Positions 9,269 through 18,443 of a stretch of 64,000 nt of DNA are shown piece by piece. The position numbers were made by a program, and so were the translations under genes. The notes beneath the pieces are model-generated. The model was not told where the DNA came from and ran no database searches. It was given only the letters and a program-made list of their open reading frames with translations. Source of the stretch: Myxococcota bacterium (GTDB taxonomy: Bacteria; Myxococcota_A; Polyangia; Nannocystales; Nannocystaceae); NCBI GenBank assembly GCA_039028615.1, contig JBCCHT010000016.1, positions 128,001-192,000 on the forward strand. Reading direction: 5' to 3'. How positions within the stretch are numbered: the first letter of the stretch is position 1; each line of letters starts with the position of its first letter.

Positions 9269-9448
9269 TTAGATGTGCGCCCAGTGGCCGTCCCAGTTGT
9301 GCACCGACAGGGGCTTCGGCGGGCCGATGGGGCGCGGCGAGGCGGTCGGGGTGGGGGCCCCACCCACGACGCTCTCCAGCATCTCGTCGGTCAGCTCGAA
9401 GGGCTCGGCGGCGGTGGAAGTCTTGGGGGCTTTGTCTTTGTCAGTCAT
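9269..9448 (-). CDS. 59-aa double-glycine-leader peptide, putative RiPP precursor (not in ORF track)
   Basis: MTDKDKAPKTSTAAEPFELTDEMLESVVGG-APTPTASPRPIGPPKPLSVHNWDGHWAHI*. 54 of 59 codons end in G/C. ELTDEMLESVVGG matches the ELxxxELxxVxGG leader consensus. Confidence 0.8.
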   Translation of the reverse strand: MTDKDKAPKTSTAAEPFELTDEMLESVVGGAPTPTASPRPIGPPKPLSVHNWDGHWAHI

Positions 9449-9511
9449 CGCTTGGGGTAGAGCCGCGAGTCGGCTTCTGGATCAGCGAAAAACCGAAAAA
9501 AACGACGAGGC

Positions 9512-10069
9512 CTACCAAAGCCGTAGGAGCTTGCTGCCGTGAAGCAGCGTCGCGACGACCAGGACCGCCAAGAACAGCGGTTTTCGGGTCTTGTGGCGGA
9601 GGCCGTGCCGACCGAGCCAGGCGCCCACGAAGCCGCCCAGCAGCGCGACCAGGTGGAGCGCGCGCTCGTCGACCCGGGCGCGCTTGCTTCGGCCCTGCTC
9701 GTTCGAGCCCGCCTTGGCCGCCCACTTGTCGATGGCGTAGAGCATGAAGGCGGCGACGCCCCACGCGGCAACCCAGGCGAGGTGATCGTGCCCTTGCCAC
9801 CACGGACGGGTCGCTGCGAGCAGGCTCACCGCGACGAGGGTCGTGAGCGTCAGCGAGACGGTCACGCCCAAGCCCCACCGACGGCCTCGCTTGCGATCCG
9901 CGATCAGGAACGCGACCAGGCCGAAGGGAGGCAAGAGCCACAACGCGACGACCCAGCCGAGCTTGTGCTTGGCCGGGCGTCTGGAGCGGAGCACCGACCC
10001 CGTCGCGTCGCCGATCCACCACAGGACCAGCACACCGAGGGCGACGAGGATGAGATCGGGTTCGGGCAT
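9512..10069 (-). CDS. DUF1294-family membrane protein with PLDc_N-like N-terminus
   Basis: KLGWVVALWLLPPFGLVAF; FMLYAIDKWAAK...RVDERALHLVALLGGFVGA...RHKTRK. Confidence 0.75.
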   Translation of the reverse strand: MPEPDLILVALGVLVLWWIGDATGSVLRSRRPAKHKLGWVVALWLLPPFGLVAFLIADRKRGRRWGLGVTVSLTLTTLVAVSLLAATRPWWQGHDHLAWVAAWGVAAFMLYAIDKWAAKAGSNEQGRSKRARVDERALHLVALLGGFVGAWLGRHGLRHKTRKPLFLAVLVVATLLHGSKLLRLW

Positions 10070-10103
10070 GGCGGCGAGCGCCGCCGATCATGCCATGCCG
10101 AGG

Positions 10104-10937
10104 CTATTGCTTGGACAAGGTGCGGCAGAAGATCCGCAGGCGACGGATCTTGCCGTTGCGCGTGTCGTACTTGAGCTTGAGCCCGCTCATGACGTGCTGA
10201 TCGGGGCACTGCAGCTGGGTCAACGGACCGATCCAGAAGGTGCTGCCGTGGAGTGGCGCCCACCCGGTCCAGTCGGGCGAGCTGTAGCTGCCCAGGAACC
10301 CACCGACCTGCTCGGAGACCTTCAGGATGCGGAACGACTTGATGTACGCGTCGTAGGGTCCGGCCTCGAAGAACACTCCAATGGGGTACTCGTCGGGATC
10401 GGTGATCGCGATGGTCTCGCCCGGCAGCCGATGGTTGCCGCTATAGACCTCGTCCGTCGCGGTGGTGGAGGTCTGGAGGAAGTCGCCGTCGATGTTCTCG
10501 TACTCGGTGCACGTACCCTCGAGGCGGGCGATGAAGTTGTCGAGGTTGCTCGTCGGCTCCTTGTAGGCGCGCAGATCGGTCAGCAGGAAGTTGGGTCCGT
10601 GGTCGGCGTTGCAGAACACCCGCTTCCACGACGACAGGCTCGTGGTCTTGCCCGAGTCCCACTCCTCGGTCACCGCAGTCTCGCCCAGCACCCACTCCTC
10701 CACGTCCTCGTCGTCACCCGGCCAGGGCCACGGGTGGGGGAGTGCCCCGGGGACGCCCGGGAACGGGTTGGTGGCCTCCAGCGGGTCGACTTCGAGCACG
10801 AGATCGTCGATGGGCTGATCGTCGCCCGTGGGCTCGAGCTCCATCGCATCGATCTCGAGATCGAGGTCGCTCTCGGCGACGCAGCCGAAGGACAGCAGGA
10901 TCATCAGGGGCAGGGCAGAGCGGGGGCGCGTGTGCAT
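10104..10937 (-). CDS. Hypothetical lipoprotein
   Basis: Signal with LLSFGC lipobox, acidic linker, Cys-containing beta-rich C-terminal domain. Confidence 0.7.
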   Translation of the reverse strand: MHTRPRSALPLMILLSFGCVAESDLDLEIDAMELEPTGDDQPIDDLVLEVDPLEATNPFPGVPGALPHPWPWPGDDEDVEEWVLGETAVTEEWDSGKTTSLSSWKRVFCNADHGPNFLLTDLRAYKEPTSNLDNFIARLEGTCTEYENIDGDFLQTSTTATDEVYSGNHRLPGETIAITDPDEYPIGVFFEAGPYDAYIKSFRILKVSEQVGGFLGSYSSPDWTGWAPLHGSTFWIGPLTQLQCPDQHVMSGLKLKYDTRNGKIRRLRIFCRTLSKQ

Positions 10938-11100
10938 GGCTTCGTCTTCCAACCCGCTAGAGATGCGCGCCCGGGTTTCGGATCACGAGCAACGGCGTCA
11001 CCGTAGTGAGAAACCGCGATCGGGGTTTGCCCCGGAGTAGGCCGCTCGGCCGGGGTCGTTCGTTACCCCGCCTCGGAAGGCCGGGTGGTACGGTGCGTCC

Positions 11101-12105
11101 ATGCGTCGGGTCTCGCTCGCCATCTCGCTCGTCGGAGGTCTCGTGTCGTGCAATCGGGCTCCGGTCACGAACCCGCCCGACCTCCCCGCAGAGGCTGCGA
11201 AGGACGAGACCCCCGAAGAGGCCGCCCCCGCAGAAGCGGAGAAATCACCGTCGCAGGTCCTCTCGGAGCTGCACCACACCGACGTCGAGGTCGACGATTC
11301 CATCTCGATGCCCGATGGCTTCATCGTCGCCTATACCTACGGTCGCATCGCCGCCCAGCTGGGAGAGCTTCGCGAGGACGGCATCGACCTGAAGGCCGAG
11401 ATCGACGAGGAGACCGCGCGCTGCGAGTCCGAGCGGGCCGCGATGGAGGAAGGGGAGCGAGAGTGGGTCGAGATGGAGGGGCGCACCTGCGAAGAGGAAG
11501 CGCTGGCGTCGGTCCTCGACGACGAGGGCGCCTCGATGGAGTGCGAGAGCTTCGGGCTCGCCTACTTCGATCTCCAGGGCGCGCTGCTTCACGATGAAGA
11601 AGGGCCCGATGAGTGCGTGGCCGGGGTGGTCGCGTTCGACCTCGAGACGATGCCCGGCAACGACACGCCCGTGCTGCTGGTCGTCACTTCGATCGGCAAC
11701 TATGGCCACTACACTCGAGGCGGCTGGGGCTTCGTGAAGGAGTGGGAGCAGCTCGAGATCATGCAGCCCCGGTTCGAGGACGACGGCTTCTTCCTTCCGC
11801 TGGTCGAGGCCGAACTCAATGCCGAAGAAGACGGCGGGAACTGCTCTTCGGGCGTCCACGCCGGGTACGTGTTTTCGGAAGAAGGGCACCTGGACGTCTA
11901 CCGGCAGGACTGGGACGACTGCGAGCAGGAAGAGTGCATGATGGAGCTGGAGGAGGCCTCCGAAGACGGCGACTACGACGAGGCCGAGTGCGAGCCGCCG
12001 ATCGAGGTCGAGCGCAACGAATGGGACCCGAAGGAAGCCGAGTTTCTGGGCTGGGAAGATAAGGACGAAGAAGACCCGGTCATCCCCAGCAACGTGCACA
12101 AGTAG
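11101..12105 (+). CDS. Hypothetical highly acidic lipoprotein
   Basis: MRRVSLAISLVGGLVSC lipobox; E/D-rich with paired Cys. Confidence 0.7.
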   Translation: MRRVSLAISLVGGLVSCNRAPVTNPPDLPAEAAKDETPEEAAPAEAEKSPSQVLSELHHTDVEVDDSISMPDGFIVAYTYGRIAAQLGELREDGIDLKAEIDEETARCESERAAMEEGEREWVEMEGRTCEEEALASVLDDEGASMECESFGLAYFDLQGALLHDEEGPDECVAGVVAFDLETMPGNDTPVLLVVTSIGNYGHYTRGGWGFVKEWEQLEIMQPRFEDDGFFLPLVEAELNAEEDGGNCSSGVHAGYVFSEEGHLDVYRQDWDDCEQEECMMELEEASEDGDYDEAECEPPIEVERNEWDPKEAEFLGWEDKDEEDPVIPSNVHK

Positions 12106-12117
12106 CGCCCGGCGGGC

Positions 12118-15100
12118 CTACCTGCGCGACGTCACCAGGATGAACATCGCTGGGGTCGCCACCATCGCGAAGAGCGTCCCCGCGAGCAGGCCCCCGATGA
12201 TCGCGCCCGCGAGCGGGAACCACTGCGGGTTGGACAGGGCCAGGGGCACCATGCCGACGAGGGTGGTGAGGGTGGTCGAGAGGATCGGTCGCAGGCGGCC
12301 AGCGGCTCCCACCGCGGCGGCGCTCTCGATCGAGTGACCGTCGCGCCGCAGCTCGTTCATCGACGAGATCATGACGATGGCGTTGTTCACCACGATCCCG
12401 ATCAGCGAGATGATGCCGATGAGGCCGGGGAACGAGATCGGCTCGCGGAAGACGACGAAGAACACCAGCGTGCCCGTGAGCGACAGCGGGACCACGAACA
12501 TCATGGCGAAGGGCTGGCGGAACGAGTCGAACTGGATCACCAGCACGGCGAACACGAGGAACGCGGCGAGCCCGAGCATGCGAAAGGCGGAGCCGAAGGT
12601 CTCCGCTTGGCTCTCGGCCTCGCCCGCCTGGGCGAAGGCAATGCCGGGGTGCTCCTTGGCGAGCACGTCGAGCCGCGGCTGGAGCTGCTCGAGCACCTCG
12701 CCCGCGGTCACCCCGGACACGCGCGCGGTGACGCTGACCGCTCGACGCCCGTCGTAGTGGGTGATGGCCAGCGGTGCGTTGACCAGCTTGGCCATGGCCA
12801 GTTCCCGCAGCGGCACGGGCCGCCCTTCGTTCGACATGACCGTGAGGGCGAAGGCCTCCCACTGATCGGTGGGCCCACCCGGCTTGCCCTTGCGGCTGGG
12901 CCAGGCGGTGCCGACCCGAACTTCGAGGTCGTCGCGTCCTTGCCCCAGCGGGAACTTCATGGCCTCGTCTTCCGCGAAGCCCAGGCGGACCTGAGAGGCG
13001 AAGTCGCCGATCGAGATCCCGAAGAAATCGAGGGCCTCGAGATCGGGGGCGATTTCCAGGGTGGGGCGGACCTGGCCGAGGTTGTCGTCGATGTCCACAG
13101 CGCCCGGGATCTCGGCGAGCGCCTGCCGTACCTGCCCCGCCGTCTTGCGCAGGGCATCGAGGTCATCCCCCATCACCAAGACCTCGATCGGCGAGTCGGC
13201 GCCGCCCTGGGCCTGCGGGGAGTAGGTCATCAGCGAGCCGGGGCAGGCCCGCAGCGCGGTGGCGAGCTCGGAACGCAGCGGCTCGAGGTACGCCACCGAG
13301 ATCTGGTCGCGGTCGTCCTCGGGGGTGAACTTGGCGGAGAACCCGATGATGTAGGTGTCCTCCTCCGGGCGCAGAGTCGAGGAGATTCGTGTTCGGGTGA
13401 AGGGCGACGCCCGGCCCACGAACTTGGTCACCGACTCGAGGTACGGCTTGCCGCGCAGCTGTTCGCCCACCTGGTCGGCGCAGCGCTGCGACAGCTCGAG
13501 CCCCGCGTCGGCCGGCATGATGATGCTTATGCCCAGGTTGCGACCGTCGGTGTCGGGGTACAGCTGGGAGGGCAGCGTACCCGCGGCGACCACCGAGGCG
13601 AGGAACATTCCCATGCAGCCGACGGCGACCAGCACCGCCCGCACCCGGCTCTTCACGACCACGCGGCTGATGAACTTCTCGAGCGAGTCCGAGGCGCGGC
13701 TGGTGATCTGGTCGATGCGACTCGGGGCGCGAGCGGCCGGCTTGTTGGGCAGGACGAGCTGTGAGATCGGCACGCAGATCAGCAGCGCGACGACATAGCT
13801 GAGCACCAGGCAGATGATGGCGGTCAGCGGAATGAAGCGAATGAACTTGCCGTCGCTACCGCCGATGGCCATCAGGGGCGCGAGCGCAAAGATGGTGGTG
13901 AGCTGTCCCGCCAGGGCGGGCATGGCATAGGTGCGGATCGTGGAGACGGCCGCAGTGGCGAAGCCCTCGCCGCGCTCGTAGATCGCGGCGTGCATGCCCT
14001 CCATCATCAGGATGAACACGTCGACCAGCAGGCCGAGGGCGAGGATCATGCCGATGACGATGAGGTCGTTGAGCGTGTAGCCGAAGGCCCAGATCACGCC
14101 CAGCGTGGCGAGGAAGGTGACGGGAATGGCGAGCCCCGCCACGATTGCCTCGCGCCAGGTCAGGGCGATGAGCAGCACCACGAAGACGGCGGCCATCGCT
14201 TGCAAAGCGTTGCGGAAGCCGTCACCCAGGGAGTCCTCGATGTCGACGGACTGGTCGGAGGTGATGCGGTACTGCAGACCCTGCGGCCACGAGGGGCCTT
14301 GGCGGGCCGCTTCGAGCTCGGCCTTGACCGCCTGGGCGACCGCGATGGCATCGGCCCCGGACAGGCGCGTCACCGAGACATCGACGGCGGAGGCGAAGGG
14401 TTCACCGCCCGTGCTGATGAAGGCCCGGGAGCGCTCGCGCTCGAGACCGAACTCGATGTCGGCGACCTCCGAGAGTCGGACGACCCGGCCGGTGCCCATG
14501 CGCGCGACCGGAGTCTGGCGCAGCGCTTCGAGGGTCCGCATACGCCCGCGCATGACCAGCACGATCGAACCGGTAGTGGCCTCGTAGCGATCCCAGGGTT
14601 GGTCGCGGTTGGCATCGACCAGGCGCGAGCGCACCGTGCTGCCCGACAGGCCCAGGGCAGCCAGTCGCGATGGCAGCAAGCGCACCCGCACGACCTCGTC
14701 GCGCTGGCCCGAGATGGAGACCTCGTTGACGCCCTTGATGTTCTCGAGTCGGCGCTCGAGAGCGTCTAGGGCCTGACCGCGGGCGATCTCGTCGACCTCA
14801 CCGTAGAGCGACAGCGAGATGATCGGCGCGTTGTTGACCGAGATTTCGCTGATGCGTGGTTTCTCGACGTCGCTGGGGAGGTCCGCCTCGGCCGCGGACA
14901 CCCGCGCGCGCAGGCGGGCCATGGCCGACGCGATGTCCTCGTCGGCCTCGAACTCCACGGCGATGACGCAGAAGGAGTCGAAGGACGCACTCTGCATCTT
15001 GCGGAGGCCTTCCATGGCCTTGAGCTCCGTCTCGAGCTCCGCCGCGACCTGGTTTTCGATGGTCTCCGGGTCGGCCCCCGGCCACTCGACGACGACGGTG

Positions 15101-15249
15101 GCCTGCGGAATCTCGAGGTCGGGCGTCGACTCTCGAACCAAGGAGCCATAGCCGAGCCAGCCGGCCATGACGAACGCGCAGAGCAACAGGATCGCGAAGG
15201 TCGGGCGCAGCAGCAGGAACGAGGTCATGCGGGAGGGAGGCGCCGTCAT
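12118..15249 (-). CDS. RND efflux permease (AcrB/AcrD/AcrF family)
   Basis: 1043 aa; WPGADPETIENQV, GIVVNNAIV, RLRPILSTTLTTLVGMVPL; two TM bundles. Confidence 0.93.
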   Translation of the reverse strand: MTAPPSRMTSFLLLRPTFAILLLCAFVMAGWLGYGSLVRESTPDLEIPQATVVVEWPGADPETIENQVAAELETELKAMEGLRKMQSASFDSFCVIAVEFEADEDIASAMARLRARVSAAEADLPSDVEKPRISEISVNNAPIISLSLYGEVDEIARGQALDALERRLENIKGVNEVSISGQRDEVVRVRLLPSRLAALGLSGSTVRSRLVDANRDQPWDRYEATTGSIVLVMRGRMRTLEALRQTPVARMGTGRVVRLSEVADIEFGLERERSRAFISTGGEPFASAVDVSVTRLSGADAIAVAQAVKAELEAARQGPSWPQGLQYRITSDQSVDIEDSLGDGFRNALQAMAAVFVVLLIALTWREAIVAGLAIPVTFLATLGVIWAFGYTLNDLIVIGMILALGLLVDVFILMMEGMHAAIYERGEGFATAAVSTIRTYAMPALAGQLTTIFALAPLMAIGGSDGKFIRFIPLTAIICLVLSYVVALLICVPISQLVLPNKPAARAPSRIDQITSRASDSLEKFISRVVVKSRVRAVLVAVGCMGMFLASVVAAGTLPSQLYPDTDGRNLGISIIMPADAGLELSQRCADQVGEQLRGKPYLESVTKFVGRASPFTRTRISSTLRPEEDTYIIGFSAKFTPEDDRDQISVAYLEPLRSELATALRACPGSLMTYSPQAQGGADSPIEVLVMGDDLDALRKTAGQVRQALAEIPGAVDIDDNLGQVRPTLEIAPDLEALDFFGISIGDFASQVRLGFAEDEAMKFPLGQGRDDLEVRVGTAWPSRKGKPGGPTDQWEAFALTVMSNEGRPVPLRELAMAKLVNAPLAITHYDGRRAVSVTARVSGVTAGEVLEQLQPRLDVLAKEHPGIAFAQAGEAESQAETFGSAFRMLGLAAFLVFAVLVIQFDSFRQPFAMMFVVPLSLTGTLVFFVVFREPISFPGLIGIISLIGIVVNNAIVMISSMNELRRDGHSIESAAAVGAAGRLRPILSTTLTTLVGMVPLALSNPQWFPLAGAIIGGLLAGTLFAMVATPAMFILVTSRR

Positions 15250-16577
15250 TCCTTGGCCTCCGGTTGGGGCGGCGGCGCGTCGGGGACGATGTCTTCGTCG
15301 CCGATGCGCGCCACGTCGACGCGGCTGCCATCACCCAGGCTCCGACGGCCTCGGGTCACGACCAGCTCTCCCTTGGCCAGGCCGCGGACGATCTCCGCGC
15401 GGTCGACCCCGGAGAGACCCAGCGTCAGCTCGCGTCGCTCGGCTTTGTCGCCGCCCTCGGGCACGACGAACGCGAACGAGTGTTCGTCCTCGCGGATGAA
15501 CGCGTTGAAGGGGACCGCGATGGCATCCTCGGAGGACTCGGTGAGGATGAAGCAGCTGGCGAACTCGCCGTCGCGCAGACGCTCGGGCCGTTGGTGGACC
15601 CTCACCTTGACCAGGATGGAGCGGGCGCTGGGGTCGACCGAGGGGCTGACGGCAAACACGGAGCCCCGAGTCACCAGTGCTTCGGGGCGGACCGCAGGGT
15701 CGTTGGCTTGGGACAAGGTGGCCACGTCCTGCCCGGTGAGCACGAACGCGGGCTGGCCCACGCGAACCTGAGCTGCTTCGTAGGCGGGCAGCTCCACCTC
15801 GATCTCGAACTGCGAGGGATCGATGACCACCACCGGGGCGGTGCGCAACTGCTGGCCGGGATCCGGGCTGACCTGCGCGCCGAAGTTGTAGTCGCCTTCC
15901 TTGATGTTGATGGCGGCCACGACCCCGTCGAAGGGCGCGAAGATCCCCGCGCGCTCTTGGGCGATCTCGGAGCGCTTGACCTGGGCCTTTTGTGCTTTGG
16001 CCCCCGACTTGGCCGAGCGGAGGCCCGACTTGGCCGAGTCCACCGCACTACGGGCGGTGGAGACCCGCGTCTGGGCGTTGTCGACCTCGTTCTGCGTGCC
16101 CGTGCCCGACTTCAGCAGCGACTGGGCGGTGGCGAGGTCTCGCTCGGCCGCCTCGAGCTCGGCCCGGGCCGTCTTGAGCTGAGCCTCCGACGAGAGCCAC
16201 TGCCCCTGCGTGCGCTGCAGCTCGGCGCGGTTGGCTTCCACGTTGGCGAGCACGTCGCGATCGTCGACCTTCGCGATGAGCTGACCGAGCAACTCGTCGG
16301 GCGCGGGGCCTTCGACCGGGTCGCCCGGGCGCAGCTCCCCGCCGTTGGGTCCGCGCGCGACGTAGCTGACCTTGCCCTCGAGCTGGAAGTACAGCGCCTT
16401 GCGGCGCACGGCGACCGCGGTGCCTTGCCCGAAGACCCACGAGTACACCGTTCGTTTCTCGGCCCGCACCGCATGGACCACGGTGGCTGCTCCCGCGGCG
16501 GGTGGAGGCGGGGGCTCGGCTTCACCACACGCTGCGAGCAGCAGGAGGGTCGTCCATGCGACTTTCAGGCGACGCAT
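15246..16577 (-). CDS. RND periplasmic adaptor (MFP) lipoprotein
   Basis: Lipobox LLAAC, coiled-coil hairpin, IFAPFDGVVAAINIKEG, GLAKGELVVTRG; ATGA overlap with the permease. Confidence 0.9.
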   Translation of the reverse strand: MRRLKVAWTTLLLLAACGEAEPPPPPAAGAATVVHAVRAEKRTVYSWVFGQGTAVAVRRKALYFQLEGKVSYVARGPNGGELRPGDPVEGPAPDELLGQLIAKVDDRDVLANVEANRAELQRTQGQWLSSEAQLKTARAELEAAERDLATAQSLLKSGTGTQNEVDNAQTRVSTARSAVDSAKSGLRSAKSGAKAQKAQVKRSEIAQERAGIFAPFDGVVAAINIKEGDYNFGAQVSPDPGQQLRTAPVVVIDPSQFEIEVELPAYEAAQVRVGQPAFVLTGQDVATLSQANDPAVRPEALVTRGSVFAVSPSVDPSARSILVKVRVHQRPERLRDGEFASCFILTESSEDAIAVPFNAFIREDEHSFAFVVPEGGDKAERRELTLGLSGVDRAEIVRGLAKGELVVTRGRRSLGDGSRVDVARIGDEDIVPDAPPPQPEAKE

Positions 16578-16677
16578 GGGCAGCACAGTACCGCGGAACG
16601 CCCCCTTCGCTCCGTCCCGCGGCAACGATGTTCGACTGCAAGTTTCGCCGCCCGCGCGGCATACTGGGCCGAGGTCG

Positions 16678-17769
16678 ATGAACCGGGCGAGGACGGCGGT
16701 CAAATTCGCGAGCGGCGTCGCGGCAGCGGGCCTGCTCGCGTGCGCGGGTTCGCCGGCGACTTCGCCTCCGCCCTCGTCTCGAGCACGGGTCGAGATCGAT
16801 CTGGCGGCCGAGCCCGACGATCGACGAGCGTGCGGGCGGTGCCACGCGGAGATCATGGCCGAGTGGCAGGCCTCGGAGCATCGCAGCGCGTGGAGTGACC
16901 CGGTGTTCCAGTCGGGGTACGCGGTCGATCGGCAGCCGGAGTGTCGTCAATGCCATGCGCCGTTGAACGCCGAACCCCGAGACCCACTGCCCTCGTCGGT
17001 GGCGGCTCGCAACGGGGTGTCGTGCCGCTCGTGTCATGCCGCGCAGGGGCACATCGCGGGACCCGGCTCGGGTCGAGCCCACGGGGGACCCGTCGCGGCG
17101 GAGTGGGGGACGAGCACCGCCTGCCGGGGCTGCCATGAGTTCGACTTTCCCCGGCCGACGCCGGAGCGCCGCGCCGTCTTCGACCCGCGCGAGCCGATGC
17201 AGCGGACCGTGTCGGAGTGGGCGCAGTCGGGTACGGACTCCACCTGTCAGGACTGCCACATGCCCTGGCGGATCGGCGAGGACGGAGGTCGCTACCGTAG
17301 CCATCGCATGCGAGGCATCGATGACGCGGAGTTCATGGCCTCGGCGGTGCAGGTGCAGCTGCGGGCGAAGATCGTCGGTGATGAAACGGTGGTCGAGGCC
17401 GAAGTCCACGCCGAGACCCTCGGTCATGCCTTTCCGACCGGCGACATGTTTCGGGTGGCCGAGCTCGCGGTGTGGCCCGTCGGGCAGTCGGAGCAGGCGA
17501 AGGGGCTCGAGATGCGCCGCGAGTTCGGGACCGTGGCGCGGCTCGACGACGAGGGCGTGATGCAGGCGTGGGGGGCCGAGGTTCGGGACACGCGGCCCCG
17601 GCCGGGCCGCCCCGTGCGACGGACGTTGCGTTTTGCCGGGGCGCACCCCGAGCTGTCGTGGAGCCTGGTGCATCGACGCATGCCGACCGAGCAGGCTCGA
17701 AGCCAAGGCTTGGTCGAGGTCAACGAGCGGGCGATCGCCCATGGGCGCGTGTCGGCGACCTCCGAGTGA
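16678..17769 (+). CDS. Multiheme c-type cytochrome lipoprotein (5 CxxCH)
   Basis: CGRCH, CRQCH, CRSCH, CRGCH, CQDCH; GHAFPTG; lipobox LLAC. Confidence 0.85.
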   Translation: MNRARTAVKFASGVAAAGLLACAGSPATSPPPSSRARVEIDLAAEPDDRRACGRCHAEIMAEWQASEHRSAWSDPVFQSGYAVDRQPECRQCHAPLNAEPRDPLPSSVAARNGVSCRSCHAAQGHIAGPGSGRAHGGPVAAEWGTSTACRGCHEFDFPRPTPERRAVFDPREPMQRTVSEWAQSGTDSTCQDCHMPWRIGEDGGRYRSHRMRGIDDAEFMASAVQVQLRAKIVGDETVVEAEVHAETLGHAFPTGDMFRVAELAVWPVGQSEQAKGLEMRREFGTVARLDDEGVMQAWGAEVRDTRPRPGRPVRRTLRFAGAHPELSWSLVHRRMPTEQARSQGLVEVNERAIAHGRVSATSE

Positions 17770-17801
17770 CGACCCGCCTCGAACGCGTTATACGAGAGCG
17801 G

Positions 17802-18434
17802 ATGGACGCCGCCGCGAACGCATCGATCGAAGAGATCCTCGAGTACTGGTTCGGCACGCTCGAAGGCCCCGCCGACCTGAACGCCGAGAAGAACTCGCTG
17901 TGGTGGGCCGGGGGCGAGCACGTCGACGCCGAGGTTCGCGAGCGCTTCGGCGCGCTCGTCGAGCAGGCCTGCGGCGGGCAGCTCGATCACTGGCAAGACA
18001 CGGCCCGAGGCACGCTCGCGCTGGTGATCCTGCTCGATCAGTTCACGCGCAACCTTCGGCGCGGCACGGCCAAGGCCTTCGAGAGCGACGGCAAGGCCCA
18101 AGGCATCGTGCTCGCCGCGCTCGACCGCGGCGCCGATACGGAGCTGAAGGTCATCGAGCAGAGCTTCTTGTGCATGCCGCTGATGCACGCCGAGGATCGA
18201 GATCTGGCGCGGCGGTGCCTCGAGCAGTTCGAGTGCATCGCCGAGCGAAGGGCAGAGCTGGGGCGCGAGGACTATCCCAACTTCATGCCCTCGGCGAAGA
18301 CCCACGCCGACATCGTGCTCCGCTTCGGTCGCTATCCGCACCGCAACGAGATCATCGGGCGCGACTCGACCCCCGAGGAGATCGAGTTTCTCGCCGACGG
18401 CGGGCCCTCCTTCGGACAGAAGAAGAAGAGCTAG
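17802..18434 (+). CDS. DUF924 family protein
   Basis: ILEYWFG, LALVILLDQFTRN, MPLMHAED, RFGRYPHRN. Confidence 0.9.
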   Translation: MDAAANASIEEILEYWFGTLEGPADLNAEKNSLWWAGGEHVDAEVRERFGALVEQACGGQLDHWQDTARGTLALVILLDQFTRNLRRGTAKAFESDGKAQGIVLAALDRGADTELKVIEQSFLCMPLMHAEDRDLARRCLEQFECIAERRAELGREDYPNFMPSAKTHADIVLRFGRYPHRNEIIGRDSTPEEIEFLADGGPSFGQKKKS

Positions 18435-18443
18435 TGTGGTGAA

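Noticed and set aside
9212..9460. 82-aa plus-strand ORF
   Set aside because: Most of it is the in-register antisense of the GG-leader peptide, which has much better codon and motif support.
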